NCBI RefSeq assembly: GCF_963921235.1
Contig: NC_086098.1
Location: forward strand, 3,968,001 to 4,032,000
Direction of reading: 5' to 3'
From: Mobula hypostoma
Taxonomy: Eukaryota
DNA: 64,000 bases
Under the pieces are notes generated by a model. It was not told where the DNA came from and did not search any database. It saw only the letters and a list, made by a program, of their open reading frames with translations. Positions 23,806 to 36,534 of this stretch are shown piece after piece. Positions within the stretch are counted from its first letter, which is position 1, and each line of letters opens with the position of its first letter. The translations under genes and the position numbers were made by a program.

Positions 23806-26800
23806 AGAAACATAGAACATAGAAAACCTACAGCACAATACAGGCCCCTCGGCTCACAAAGTTGTGCCGAACACGTCCCTACCTTAGAAATTACTAGGCT
23901 TACCCTTTGCCCTCTATTTTTCTAAGCTCCATGTACCTATCCAAAAGTCTCTTAGAAGACCCTATCGTATCCGCCTCCACCACCGTTGCTGGCAGCCCAT
24001 TCCACACACTCACCACACTCTGCGTAAAAAAACTTACCCCTGACATCTCCTCTGTACCTATTCCCCTGCAGCTTAAACCTGTGTCCTCTTGTGGCAACCA
24101 TTTCAGCCCTGGGAAAAAGCCTCTGACTATCCACATGATCAATGCCTCTCATCATCTAATTAACCTCTATCACCTCTCATCCTCTGTCACTCTCATCCTC
24201 CATCGCTCCAAGGAGAAACGGCCGAGTTCACTCAACCTGTTTTCATAATGCATGCTCCCCAATCCAGGCAACATCCTTGTAAATCTCCTCTGCACCCTTT
24301 CTATGGCTTCCACATCCTTACTGTAGTGAGGCGACCAGAACTGAGCACAGTACTCCAAGTGGGGTCTGACCAGGGTCCTATATAGCTGCAACATTACCTC
24401 TTGGCTCCTAAATTCAATTTCACAATTAATGAAGGCCAACACGCTGTATGCCTTCGTAACCACAGAGTCAACCTGCGCAGCTCCTTTGAGCGTCCTATGG
24501 ACTCAGACCCCCAAGATCCCTCTGATCCTCCACACTGCCAACAGTCTTACCATTAATACTATATTCTGCCATCATATTTGACCTACCAAAATGAACCACT
24601 TCACAGTTATCTAGGTTGAACTCCATCTGCCACTTCTCAGCCCAGTTTTGCATCCTGTCAATGTCCCACTGTAACCTCTGACAGCCCTCCACACTATCCA
24701 CACCTCCAACCTTTGTGTCATCAGCAAACTTACTAACCCATTTCTCCACTTCCTCATCCAGGTCATTTATAAAAATTACGAAGAGTAGGGGTCCCAGAAC
24801 AGATCCCTGAGGCACACCACTGGTCACCGACCTCCATGCAGAATATGACCCGTCTTCAACCACTCTTTGCCTTCTGTGGGCAAGCCAGTTCTGGATCCAC
24901 AAAGCAATGTCCCCTTGGATCCCATGCCTCCTTACTTTCTCAATAAGCCTTGCATGGGGTACCTTATCAAATGCCTTCCTGAAATCCATATACACTACAT
25001 TTACTGCTCTTCCTTCATCAATGTGTTTAGTCACATGCTCAAAAAATTCAATCAGGCTTGTAAGGCACAACCTGCTCTTGACAAAGCCATGCTGACTATT
25101 CCCAATCATATTAAATCTCTCCAAATGTTCATAAATCCTGCCTCTCAGGATCTTCTCCATCAACTTACCAACCACTGAAGTAAGACTCATTGGGCTATAA
25201 TTTCCTGGGCTACCTCTACTCCCTATCTTGAATAAAGGAACAACATCCGCAACTCTCCAATCCTCTGGAACCTCTCCCATCCCCATTGATGATTCAAAGA
25301 TTATCGCCAGAGGTTTAGCAATCTCCTCCCTTGCCTCCCACAGTAGCCTGGGATACATCTCGTCTGGTCCTGGCGACTTATCTAACTTGATGCTTTCCGA
25401 AAGCTCCAGCACATCCTCTTTCTTAATATCTACATGCTCAAGCTTTGCAGTCCACTGCAAGTCATCCCTACAATCACCAAGATCCTTTTCCATAGTGAAT
25501 ACTGAAGTAAAGTACTCATTAAGTACCTCTGTTATCTCCTCCGGTTCCATATATACTTTCCCACTATCACACTTGATAGATCCTATTCTTTCTCGTCTTA
25601 TCCTCCTGCTCTTCACATACTTGTAGAATGCCTTGGGGTTTTCCTTAATCCTGCCCACCAAGGCCTTCTCATGGCCCCTTCTGGCTCTCCTAATTTCCTT
25701 TTTAAGCTCCTTCCTGTTAGCCTTATAATTTTCTCGATCTCTAACATTATCTAGCTCTCTGAACCTTTTGTAAGCTTTTCTTTTCTTCTTGACTAGATTT
25801 ATTACAGCCTTTGTACACCCCGGTTCCTGTACCCTACCATAGCTTCCCTGTCTCATTGGAACGTACCTATGCAGAACTCCACACAAATATCCCCTGAATA
25901 TTCGCCACATTTCTTCCATACATTTCCCTGAGGACATCTGTTCCCAATTTAAGCTTCCAGTTTCCTGCCTGATAGCCTCATAATTCCCCTTACTCCAATT
26001 AAACACTTTTCTAACTTGTCTGTTCCTATCTCTCTCCAATGCTGTTGTAAAGGAGATAGAATTATGATCACTATCTTCAAAATGCTCTCCCACTGAGAGA
26101 TCTGACACCTGACCAGGTTCATTTCCCAATACCAGATCATGTACAGTCTCTCCTCTTGTAGGCTTATCTACATATTGTGTCAAGAAACCTTCCTGAACAC
26201 ACCTAACAAACTGCACCCCTCTAAACCCCTTGCTCTAGGGAGATGCCAGTCGATATTTGGAAATTAAAATCTCCCATCATGACAACTCTGTTATTATTAC
26301 ACCTTTCCAGGATCTGTTTCCCTATCTGCTCCTCGAGATCCCTGTTACTATTGGCTGGCCTATAGAAACACCCAGTGAAGTTCTTGACCCCTTCCTGTTC
26401 CTAACCTCCACCCACAGAGACTCCATAGACAATCCTTCCATGACATCCACCTCTTCTGCAGCTGTGACACTATCTCTGATCAACAGTGCCACACCCCCAC
26501 CTGTTTTGCCTCTCTCCATGTCCTTGCTGTGTGTGTGTGCGTGTGCGCCCTTAATTCCTGGTGGAGTCGTCGGGGCGCAGTCATGACAAGCTTTTGGTAT
26601 GCTCATCGTACAGCGTGTCTTGGGCATCTGAAACCTGGCAGACCCCACCCCCTCCAGATTTTTTATTACGAGGTCAAGTCGTTCGCTTGACACTCAACTC
26701 AGACACGGATGGAGAGTGTGCAAGGGAGCCGGCTGGATTCGAACTCGGGACCTCTTGCCCCGAAGTCCAGCGCTGATGCTACTACGCCACCAGCCGGTTT

Positions 26801-28290
26801 TTTAACCCTAACCCTGTCCTTTCTGAAACATCTGACACCCCGCACTTGAAGTAACCATTCCTGTCCCTGAGCCATCCAAGTCTCTGTAATGGCCACCACA
26901 TCATAGCTCCAAGTACTGATCCATGCTCTAAGCTCATCTGCTTTGTTCACAATACTCCTTGAGTTAAAATAGACACATCTCAAACCTTCGGTCTAAGCGC
27001 GTCCCTTCTCTATCACCTGCCTATCCCCCCTCACACACTGTCTCCAAGCTTTCTCTATTTGTGAGCCAACCGCCTCTTCCCCAGTCTCTTCAGTTCGGTT
27101 CCCACCCTCCCAGCAATTCTAGTTTAAACTCTCCCCAGTAGCCTTAGCAAACCTCCCCGCCAGGATATTGGTCCCCCTGGGATTCAAGTGCAACCCGTCC
27201 TTCTTGTACAGGTCACACCTGAGCCAAAACAGGTCCCAATGATCCAGAAATCTGAATCCCTGCCTCCTGCTCCAATCCCTCAGCCACACATTTATCCTCC
27301 ACCTCATTCTATTCCTATACTCACTGTCACGTGGCACAGGCAGTAATCCCGAGATGACTACCGTTGCAGTCCTGCTTCTCAATTTCCTTCCTAACTCCCT
27401 GTGGTCTGTTTTCAGGATCTCTTCCCTTTTCCCACTTATGTCATTGGTACCCATATGTACCATAACCTCTGGCTGTTCTCCCTCCCACTGCAGGGTATCT
27501 TGGACACGATCTGAAACATCCCGGACCCTGGAACCTGGGAGGCAAACTACCATCCGAGTTTCTTTCCTGCGTCCACAGAATCACCTGTCTGACCCACTAA
27601 CTATACAGTCCCCTATCACTGCTGCCTTTCTCTCCCTTTCCCTGCTCTTCTGAGCCACAGGGCTGGACTTTTGCCTGAGGCATGGCCACTGTCTCTCCCC
27701 CCCACCCCCACAACAGTGCTCAAACAGGAGTACTTATTGTCAAAGGGTACTCTCTAGTACTGACTCTTCCCCTTCCCTCTCCTGACTGTGACCCACTTGT
27801 CTGTCTCCCGTGGCCCTGGTGTGACCACCTGCCTATAACTCCTTTCTATCACCTCCTCACTCTCCTTGACCAGACAAAGGTCATCGAGCTGCATCTCCAG
27901 TTTCCTCACTTGGTCCCTTAGGAGCTGCAGCTCGACACACCGGGTGCAGATATGGCTGTCCAGGAGGCTGGGAGACTCCAGGACCACCCACATCTGACAC
28001 TGAGCGCAGAAAACCGGCCTCTTACACATTCTTCTTTTCCACAATTAACACAGGTAGACCTACCTCGCCTCGTTACCGCCTAAGCCCATTGAGCCAAAGC
28101 CCTATCACTCTGCTACCTCTCACTCCGCTGCCCACTGGATCTCGCGGTCTTCTTTTTAAACTTCTCCTGCTCTACTGGCTGACGTCACACGCCTGCACAG
28201 TCTTGCCTCTCTTTTACCCCGAGTAGTAAAATGCCTTTGCTCCGAAAATCCTTAACTGTCCCACTCACAGCCTTCTTGTTCCAAAAATAA
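23806..28290 (-). mobile_element. Essentially full-length CR1 LINE, decayed
   Basis: Contains 5' UTR, ORF1 Zn finger (CAQC...CTRC), esterase (DGLHLN), endonuclease (YFNSRSI, AITETW), a 573-aa ORF2 segment with FADDTK, and the 3' tail at about 23806. Confidence 0.92.
26530..26797 (-). mobile_element. tRNA-derived SINE with (CA)n tail inserted in the CR1 endonuclease region
   Basis: The - strand head has A box TGGCGTAGTAG and B box GAGTTCGAATCC in a tRNA-Pro-like context. A 14-bp duplication with 2 mismatches lies at 26516-26529 / 26812-26825. Confidence 0.82.
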
Positions 28291-28645
28291 TGGCCATTAT
28301 TTGCCTATTTTTGTAATTTATGGCAATTTTATGCCTTTGCACTGTACTCCGCCGCAGAATGTTTTCAGTCAGTGATAATGAATCTGATTTTTTACTGTCT
28401 TTATCGATTTGTAGTTTTTCATAAATTCTATTGCTTTTTTTATTTCCCTATAAATGCCTACAAGAAAACAAATCTCAAGGTAGTGCAGTATATGGTAACA
28501 TACTGTACATGTACCTTGATAATAAACCTACTTTGATTTTCATCCTGGCGATGCCCTCAATAACTAGCAGATTCACTTTGAAGACTTCAGGAAAATAAGT
28601 TGTTAAATAGATGAACTGAGTCTGACATTTTTTTTCGTGTTTCAG

Positions 28646-28857
28646 GGTTTAGCAGCTATCGTTGGACACACAACAGTTCAGGCTGCTTATGTTAAGCAGC
28701 TGCTCCGAAGTATAATTCACAAGTACTTTGATCGCTTCCTTTCACCATCTACCACTGGGTCAGGTGTCGTCAGTCACCCCTTATTAATAGCACTTCGTGA
28801 GTCAACCCCAGTGGCTCGCCAACCGTTGCTGCGGAAAGCTGTTGTTCAGGTCATCAG
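28646..28857 (+). CDS. MMS22L: MMS22L internal coding exon (212 nt, phase 0 to 2)
   Basis: Acceptor tgtttcag, donor gtaagc. Encodes GLAAIVGHTTVQAAYVKQLLRSIIHKYFDRFL...HPLLIALRE...LRKAVVQVI. Confidence 0.93.
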
Positions 28858-28919
28858 GTAAGCGATTCTTGGACCATCCCACATTGGTGAGAATTCATCA
28901 TCTCTGCTGCCTCAAGTTG

Positions 28920-30175
28920 AAGTCATAGAGCTAGAGAGTACAGCACAGAAACCTGCCCTTCTGACTATCTAGTTCAATGCGAAACCATTTAAACTGTCTA
29001 CTCCCAACGACCAGCACCAGAACCATAGCCCTCCATATCACTACTCTCCATGTACCTACCAAACATCTCTTAAACGTTGAAATTGAGCTCGCATGCTGGC
29101 AGCTCATTCCACACTCGTACGATCCTCTGAGTGAGGAAGTTTCCCCTCGTGTCCCCCTTAAACTTCTCGCCTTTTACCCTTAACCCATGACCTCTGGTTG
29201 TAGTCACACCCAATCTCAGTGAAAAAAACCTGCTTGCACTTACCCTATCTATACCCCTCATAATTTTGTATACCTCTATCAAATCCCCTCTCAATCTTCT
29301 ACGTTCCAAAGAATACGGTCCTAACCTATTTCTTAGAAACATAGAGACGTAGAAAATCTACAGCACATTACAGGCCCTTTGGCCTGCAATGCTCTAGAAG
29401 CTGCCTAGAATTTTCCTAGCACATAGCCCTCTATTTTTCTAAGCTCCACATACCTATCTAAAAGTCTCTTAAAAGACCCATAGTATTCAGCTCTACCACC
29501 TTCGTTGGCAGTGTATTCCACACACCCAGCACTCTCTGTGAAAAGCTTACTTCTGACATCCCCCTTGTACCTACTTCCAAGCACCTTAAAACTATGCCCC
29601 CTCATGTTAGCCATTTCAGCCCTGGGAAAAAGCCTCTGGCTATCCACACAATCAATGCCCGTCATCATCTTATACACCTCAATCAGGTCACCTCTCATCC
29701 TCTGTCGATCAAGGAGAAAAGGCCAAGGTCACTCAACTCAATTCTTGTACTCCATAAGCACATTATTTGTTCCTACTTGCCTATATTCACCATGGGCCTC
29801 CTTTTTCCTCTTAACCAGGAGCTCAATATCCCTTGAAAACCCATGTTCCCTATTGGTCTTTCTCCAATTTAGAATCTCAGCCCACGGACCAGACCTGTCT
29901 TTTTGCATATTTACTTTGAAACTAACGGCATTGTGGTCACTGGATGCAAAATGTTCCCCTACATAAACTTGTCTCGTTACCTAATAGCAGATCCAGTATC
30001 GCACACTCTCTCATTGGGACTTCTATGTACTGATGAAGGAAACATTCCTGAACACTTTAGACAAACTCTATCCCATCTAGACTTTTTCTTACTTCTCAGT
30101 TCCACCCATAATGTCTCAGTAGTTGCGTACTCCAGTCTGTCCTGATGGAGCAGTGCAGTGATATTTTCCCTGATG
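28920..30175 (-). mobile_element. Cluster of CR1 fragments
   Basis: Two RGDLIEVYK 3' ends (29070-29342, 29405-29698) plus eroded endonuclease sequence. Confidence 0.7.
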
Positions 30176-30284
30176 AGTTTATTGTCATTTAACCATACTC
30201 ATGTACACAGATAAGTGAAACATTGTTACTCTGGGGCAAAGGTACGTATATCACATATATTATTCGTATCACATATATTCATTC

Positions 30285-30555
30285 AGAGATACAGCACAGA
30301 ACAGGCCCTTCTGGCCCACTGAACTGCCCTGCCCAGCAACCCACTGATTTAACCCTCGCCTAATCACAGGACAACTTATAATGACCAATTAACCTACCAA
30401 CCATTACATCTTCAGAATGTGGGAGGAAACCAGAGCACCCGGAGGAAACCCACGCATCAACAGGGAGAACATACTAACTCCTTACAGATGACATTGAAAC
30501 TGAACTCTGAATTCTGGAATGTCCTGAACCCCAGCACTGTCACACTACCACGGCG
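30285..30555 (-). mobile_element. SINE copy; related copies near 37170-37390, 47690-47880, 50880-51240 and 51960-52140
   Basis: Recurrent core TGTGGGAGGAAACCAGAGCACCCGGAGGAAACCCAC. Confidence 0.6.
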
Positions 30556-31354
30556 CATCAAATATGGCTCCAAATAATGAGCTATATAGACTTGCCCACT
30601 CTTGAAAAGAAGGTCTCCACATCCCCTCTGTCTAGGCCTTTCGGTGAGATCCCCCCCCCCCCGCCACCCTCAAGTCCCCAGCTGGCATCAAGGATTTATG
30701 GGGAGATCTCTTTTAAACCTGTTGAATCTTTAAACACCTTGAAAAAGTGGATGTGAAGAGGGTGTTTCCTATAGTGGTGAGTCTAAGAACAGATGGCCTC
30801 AATGGATTCCAGGAACAGGGCACAGGAAAGGTGTCCATTTAGAACAGAGATGAGGAGGAATTTCTTTAGCCAGAGGGCATTGAATCTGTGAAATTCATTG
30901 CCATGGACAGTCGTGGAGGCCTTGTCATTGAGAATGTTTAAAACAGAGGTTGATAGCTTTTTGCTTAGTCTTGGCGTCCAAGTTTACAGGAGAATGAGGT
31001 TGTGAGGGATAATAAGTTGGCTATTATGGAATAATGGAGCATATTTGATGGGCTGAATGGCCTTATAGTGCTCCTATGTCTGATGGTTTTATGACATGGC
31101 CTGAAGATTGATTGATTGACATAAAGTGTGAGATGGTGTTCATGCAAACAATGTAATGTTACTGTCCTTATTATAATTAAACGAGCAGTCATATAAAAAT
31201 GTGAAACAACAATAAAAGATGAAAAATGACTCGTGCAGGATTAGAGTGTGTCTGTGAGTTGGGGGGTAGATTCTGAATAATTTTTTTCCAAAACAATTTA
31301 CTATTTAAATAACTTTTTCTGTTAGAATTCTCACATTCTCCTTGTTCCTAAATG

Positions 31355-33178
31355 TTTTTTGAGGATGTGACGAAACATGTTGATGAAGGTAGAGCAGTAG
31401 ATGTAGTGTGTATGGATTTCAGCAAGGCATTTGACAAGGTACCCCATGCAAGGCTTATTGAGAAAGTAAGGAAGCATGGCACCCAATGGGATCTTGCTTT
31501 GTGGATCCAGATTTGGCTTGCCCACAGAAGGAGTGGTTGCATGGAGGTCGGTGACCAGAGAGGTACCTGTTTTGGGACCCCTTCTCTTTGTGATTTTTAT
31601 AAATGACCTGGATGAGGAAGTGGAGGGATGGGTTAGTAAATTTGCTGCTGACACAAAGATTGGGGGTGTTGTGGATAGTGTGGAGGGCTGTCAGAGGTTA
31701 GAGCGGGACATTGATAGGATGCAAATCTGGGCTGAGAAGTGGCAGATGGAGATAAGTGTGAGGTGATTCATTTTGGTAGGTCAAATAGATGAGATTAGAT
31801 TAGATTATGAGGACACTCAGTCCTTATTTATTGTCATTTAGAAATGCATGCATTAAAAAATGATACAATGTTCCTCCAGTAAAACATCACAGAAACACAG
31901 GACAGACCAAGACTAAAACTGACAAAACCACATAATTATAACATATAGTTACAACAGTGCAAAGTAATACCATAATTTGATAAAGAACAGACCATGAGCA
32001 CGGTAAAAAAAAGTCTCAAAGTCCCGATAGACTCATCATCTCACGCAGACGGCAGAACCTCCAAGCGCCGCCAACTTGCCGATGCATTGGAAGCACCCGA
32101 CGGCAGCAGACTCTGAGTCCGTCCGAAAACTTTGAGCCTCCGACAGCCCCTCCGACACAGCCTCACCGAGCACTTCGACCCCGCCCTGGCCGCCGAGCAA
32201 CAAGCAAAGCCGAGGACTCAGGGCCTTCCCCTCCGGAGATTCTGGATCACACAGTAGCAGCAGCAGCAAAGCAGGCATTTCAGAAGTTTCACCAGATGTT
32301 CCTCCGTACTCTCACGTCCGTCTCTATCAAATCAGGATTGTGCACAGCACCCTACTTGACAAATAACAGATATCATTCACCGGAGTGGCTGCTGTGAGCT
32401 GCGTCGCGCCGCCATCTTCTCCTCCCGCCGAGGAATACAATGGCAGAATATAGTATTAATGGTAAGACTCTTAGCAGTGTGGAGGATCAGAGGGATCTTG
32501 GGGTCCGAGTCCATAGGACACTCAAAGCTGCTCCGCAGGTTGACTCTGTGGTTAAGAAGAAATATGGTGCATTGGCCTTCATCAATCATGGGATTGAGTT
32601 TAGGAGCCGAGAGGTAATGTTACAGCTATATAGGACCCTGGTCAGACCCCACTTGGAGTTATGTGCTCAATTCTGCTTGCCTCACTATAGGAAGGATGTG
32701 GAAACAATAGAACGGGTGCAGAGGAGATTTAAAAGGACGTTGTTTGGATTGGGGAGCATGCCTTACAAGAACAGGTTGAGTGAACTCGGCCTTTTCTCCT
32801 TGGAGCGACGGAGGACGAGAGGTGACCTGATAGAGGTGTATAAGATCATGAGAGGCTTTGATGGTGTGGATAGTCAGAGGCTTTTTCCCAGGGCTGGAAT
32901 GGCTAGCACAAGAGGGCACAGTTTTAAGGTGCTGGGGAGTAGGTACTCCCCAGGGGTAAGTTTTTTACTCAGAGAGTGGTGAGTGCATGGAATGGGCTGC
33001 CGGCGACGGTGGTGGGGACAGGTATGATAAGGGTCTTTTAAGAGACTCTTGGATAAGTACATGGAGCTTAGAAATATAGAGGGCTATGGGTAACCCTAGT
33101 AATTTCTAAGGTAAGGACATGTTCGGCACAATTTTGTGGGCTGAAGGGTCTGTATTGTGCTATAGGTTTCTATGTTTC
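31355..33178 (+). mobile_element. 5'-truncated CR1 LINE, interrupted at 31788-32433
   Basis: DFSKAFDKVPH ... RPHLE ... RGDLIEVYK, ending in a TTCTATGTTTCT tail. Confidence 0.85.
31788..32433 (-). mobile_element. Non-coding retroposon with GC-rich head and (AATCT)n tail
   Basis: The - strand begins near GGAGAAGATGGCGGCG and ends AATAAA...AATCTAATCTAATCT. AATA duplication at 31784-31787 / 32434-32437. The host RT frame resumes after it. Confidence 0.7.
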
Positions 33179-33552
33179 TGAATGCATTAATTTTCGATAG
33201 GATCTTTGAAATGCATCAGAAATTTCATGCACCAGAATACTTTTGCCACAAATAGCTTTGGTGTTCATTTGGAATTTGAAAGCACATAAGCTGTTGTTTT
33301 AAGGATTCTGTCTTGTGCTGTCCCTTGGGAAAGTTGTTTTTAATTATTCATTGCAAATTTACAAGATAAACAACTGATATTGCATATGGGAATTTCAAGT
33401 GTAGAGCTTCATACACAAAGTGCTGGAGGAACTTAGTAGGTCAGGCAGCATCTGTGATAATGAATTAACAGTCAGAATTTTGGGCCGAGACCAGCATTTT
33501 GTGTTTGTTGCTCTGGATTTCCAGTGTCTGCAGAATCTCTTATTTTTAAGTA

Positions 33553-33985
33553 CAGGTTTCCCCCGCTATCCGAACGTAGAGCATTCCTATGAAACTGTTC
33601 GTAAGCCGAAATGGCGTAAAGCGAAGAAGCAATTACCATTAATTTATATGGGAAAATTTTTTGAGCGTTCCCAGACCCAAAAAATAACTTACCAAATCAT
33701 ACCAAATAGCACATAAAACCTAAAATAACACTAACATATAGTGAAAGCAGGAATGATATGATAAATACACAGCCTATATAAAGTAAAAATAATGTATGTA
33801 CGGTGTAGTATTCACTTACCAGAATCGGGAAATTTGAGCCAAAATCGATTTGTCGAAAAAATCAGCACGTACACGCATGAGCACGTCACAGACTTGCATG
33901 TACACGCATTCGCACATCACACGTGCGCACACACCTGCCCGCGCAAGGCTTCATGGTCATGGTAGTCTTTCTTGGGAAGGAGATA
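33553..33985. mobile_element. One end of a pogo/Tigger-like DNA transposon
   Basis: Starts TA-CAGGTTTCCCCCGCTATCCG with subterminal CGTAA repeats. No matching right end found. Confidence 0.45.
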
Positions 33986-35454
33986 CGGGAGTCTCAGGAC
34001 CCACCAGCAACAGGCTCATGAACAGTTATTACCCCTCAACCATCAGGCTCTGAACAAGAGGGGATAACATCACTCAACTTCACTTGCCCCGTCACTAAGC
34101 TGTTCCTGCAACCCATGGACACGCTTTCAAGGACTCTTCATCTCATGTTCTCTATACTTATTGCCTATTTACTTATTGCGATTCTATTTTATTTTTCTCT
34201 TTTTGTGTTTGCAGTTTGTTCTCTTTTGCATATTGGTTGTTTGACCATCTTTGTTGTGACTGGTTTTTCATTGCTTTTATTGTGGGTCATTGTAATTACT
34301 GTGAATGCATACAAGTAAGTGAATTTCATGGTTGTATATGGTGCCGTATATGTACATTGATAGTAAGTGTACTTTGAACTTTGAAATGCGGGTATCTGGT
34401 TCAAAGATTAACATTGATTTGATAAACCACCTTTTTTCCTCAACAATTTGTGTTCTGCAGGCTGTAGCAGAGCTTTGGGAGTAAATATCCAGCTTTGTCA
34501 CTATCTATTTATAACTCCTCAGTTTGTAGGGAATGGTTCATTTTCGGTAGTATTAAAAAGTGAATCATGACTCTAACTCAAAATCTCTCACAGAATGGAA
34601 CAAGTTGAAATAATATTCTTAAGAACTTAAAGTTCAGCAGAGAAGTTTCCCCTTGTATTTGCATACCTTTGATGGTTAAACATTAAAGTTAGATCTAGGA
34701 AGAACTACAGACCCTAGATCTTCCCGCAGAGAGGGTGACAAATCCAAGAAATGACTTAGAACAAATAGCTATTGTGTTTCTTTTTATTATTTTTGCCATA
34801 AATTTCTATTGTTTTTTTTTCTTGTTTTTCCTTTAAATGTCTGCAAGAAAACAAATCTCAGAGTAGTATATAGTGACATACACATATTTTGATAATAATT
34901 TTCTTTGAACTTTGAATGGATGGAATGGTAAAAAAAACATTTACCTCGTTTACAACTTCCATTCCAAGTGTACGGAGTTATCTTGAGTGAATTTCAGAAT
35001 AGAAGGGTCCCTTCAGAACCAAGATGAGCAGTGAGAAGAGGCATGGCCTAGATGGTGTGGGAAGGAGGGGAGGTTTTCATGATGCAATATTATACAATAC
35101 CAGGGTGTTACTTTCGAACAGAGATGATGACGAATTTCTTTAGCCAAAGGAAGGTGAATCTGGAATTAATTGCCACAGATGCCTGTGTAGGCAAAGTCAT
35201 CAGGTATATTTAAAGCAGAGGTTAATAGGTTCTTGATTAGCAAAGGCATCAAAGATTAGAGGGAAAGGCAGGAGAGTGAGGTTGAGAGGATAATAAATCA
35301 TCCGTGATGGATTGGCAGAGCACACTTGATGGGCTGAATGGCCTAATTCTGCTCCATGTAACTGTTTATAAATGTACACGTTTACAGTGTTAAAGTGCAT
35401 TTGAATGGTTTCTGCAGCTTCTGAACTTATTCTCACCAATTCCTCTCCGTCCAG

Positions 35455-35624
35455 TGAAAGCTACCTGCAGTTCAGAAGTCATGCTCCTCCTCCTCGCTTA
35501 GCAGCAGTCTTCTCGTTCCTTCTTGAACTTTTACAAAGAAACCAAAACAGTGATGCAGCTAGTGAGGCTGAGCTGCTCCTGCCTGCAGTGCTGAAATGTC
35601 TCATGTTGGTTAACGAACCACAAG
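35455..35624 (+). CDS. MMS22L: MMS22L internal coding exon (170 nt, phase 2 to 1)
   Basis: Acceptor ctccgtccag, donor gtgagt. Encodes ESYLQFRSHAPPPRLAAVFSFLLELL...ELLLPAVLKCLMLVNEPQ. Confidence 0.95.
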
Positions 35625-35800
35625 GTGAGTCTCCTCATTGCTTCCTGTTGGTTGAAAAATGTAACATTTCTGTTTGCTTCTTTATTTATCTCCTAATAAG
35701 GCATCTGAGACTTAAGTGGCAAGCACTTTCTGATAACACTTTGATTTGTGGCAGCAATGCAGTGCAAAATTTTGAAAATTATTTTGGAAATAATTTGGAA

Positions 35801-35887
35801 GCTTCGGCAGCACATATACTAAAATTGGAATGATACAGAGAAGATTAGCATCGTCCCTGCGCAAGGATGACACGCAAATCCGTGAAG
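35801..35887 (+). pseudogene. RNU6: U6 snRNA pseudogene fragment (about nt 7-93)
   Basis: GCTTCGGCAGCACATATACTAAAATTGGAAtGATACAGAGAAGATTAGCATcGtCCCTGCGCAAGGATGACACGCAAATcCGTGAAG has 4 substitutions versus canonical U6. It lacks the 5' GTGCTC and the 3' CGTTCCATATTTT. Confidence 0.93.
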
Positions 35888-36475
35888 AAGATGTGTAGTT
35901 CGGGTGGTTAATGGTTGGGTTGAGTTGTTTTCCAATCTTGGCAATTTACTTGTAAATGTTTTGACGCCATATGAGGAGACATCGTCAGTGCACTGTTGGT
36001 TGTGGTGTGTCCTCTGAATGCTTGGCCTTAATGTACTTTTCAAGGATCCGCGAACATCATCTGGCTGTAAAGCCCCATGACCAACTCTCCCGAGTCTCTA
36101 CCCATGGAGATCGAGAGGGGACCAAGCTCGACTGGGCATCAGTGAGAGTCGTGGCACAAGAGAACTCTCGGCATGCGAGAGAATTACTAGAAGCATGATC
36201 CCCTGCGAACAATTCAGTCAACAAACACATAGACCTTAATCCTATTTATGAGCCAATTCAGGCAAAATTCCAGACCAGCATACACAATGTTCGCCACACT
36301 GCCAATTAGTGATGAAATTTCCTCCACACATTGAGTTTATGAAATGGCGTCCAGTCAACTGATTGAAAAGTATATAAAGGCCAGGCATTCTGAGGATACA
36401 CCACATTCAATAGTGCATTGAAGATATCTCCTCACATGGTGGTGAAACATTTGCAAGTAAATTGCCAAGATCAGA
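35885..36475 (+). mobile_element. Truncated Penelope-like element (second family) with inverted pseudo-LTR
   Basis: ORF 35971-36198 RIREHHLAVK.HDQLS.VS.H.DREG.KLDW.SVRVVAQE..RHARELLEA is a GIY-YIG C-terminal half. 35936-36040 is an inverted copy of 36366-36470, and both carry a decayed CTGANGA..GAAAC core. Confidence 0.8.
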
Positions 36476-36534
36476 AAAAATTTATTTGCTTGTTTATTTA
36501 TTTATTTATTGAGACAAGGTCCTTCCAGCCCTTT

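Noticed and set aside
26725..26797. Genuine tRNA gene
   Set aside because: It continues into a SINE body with a (CA)n tail and a target duplication, and the cloverleaf is imperfect.
35801..35887. Functional U6 snRNA gene
   Set aside because: Both ends are missing, there are 4 substitutions, and there is no terminal T-run or recognisable upstream TATA/PSE.
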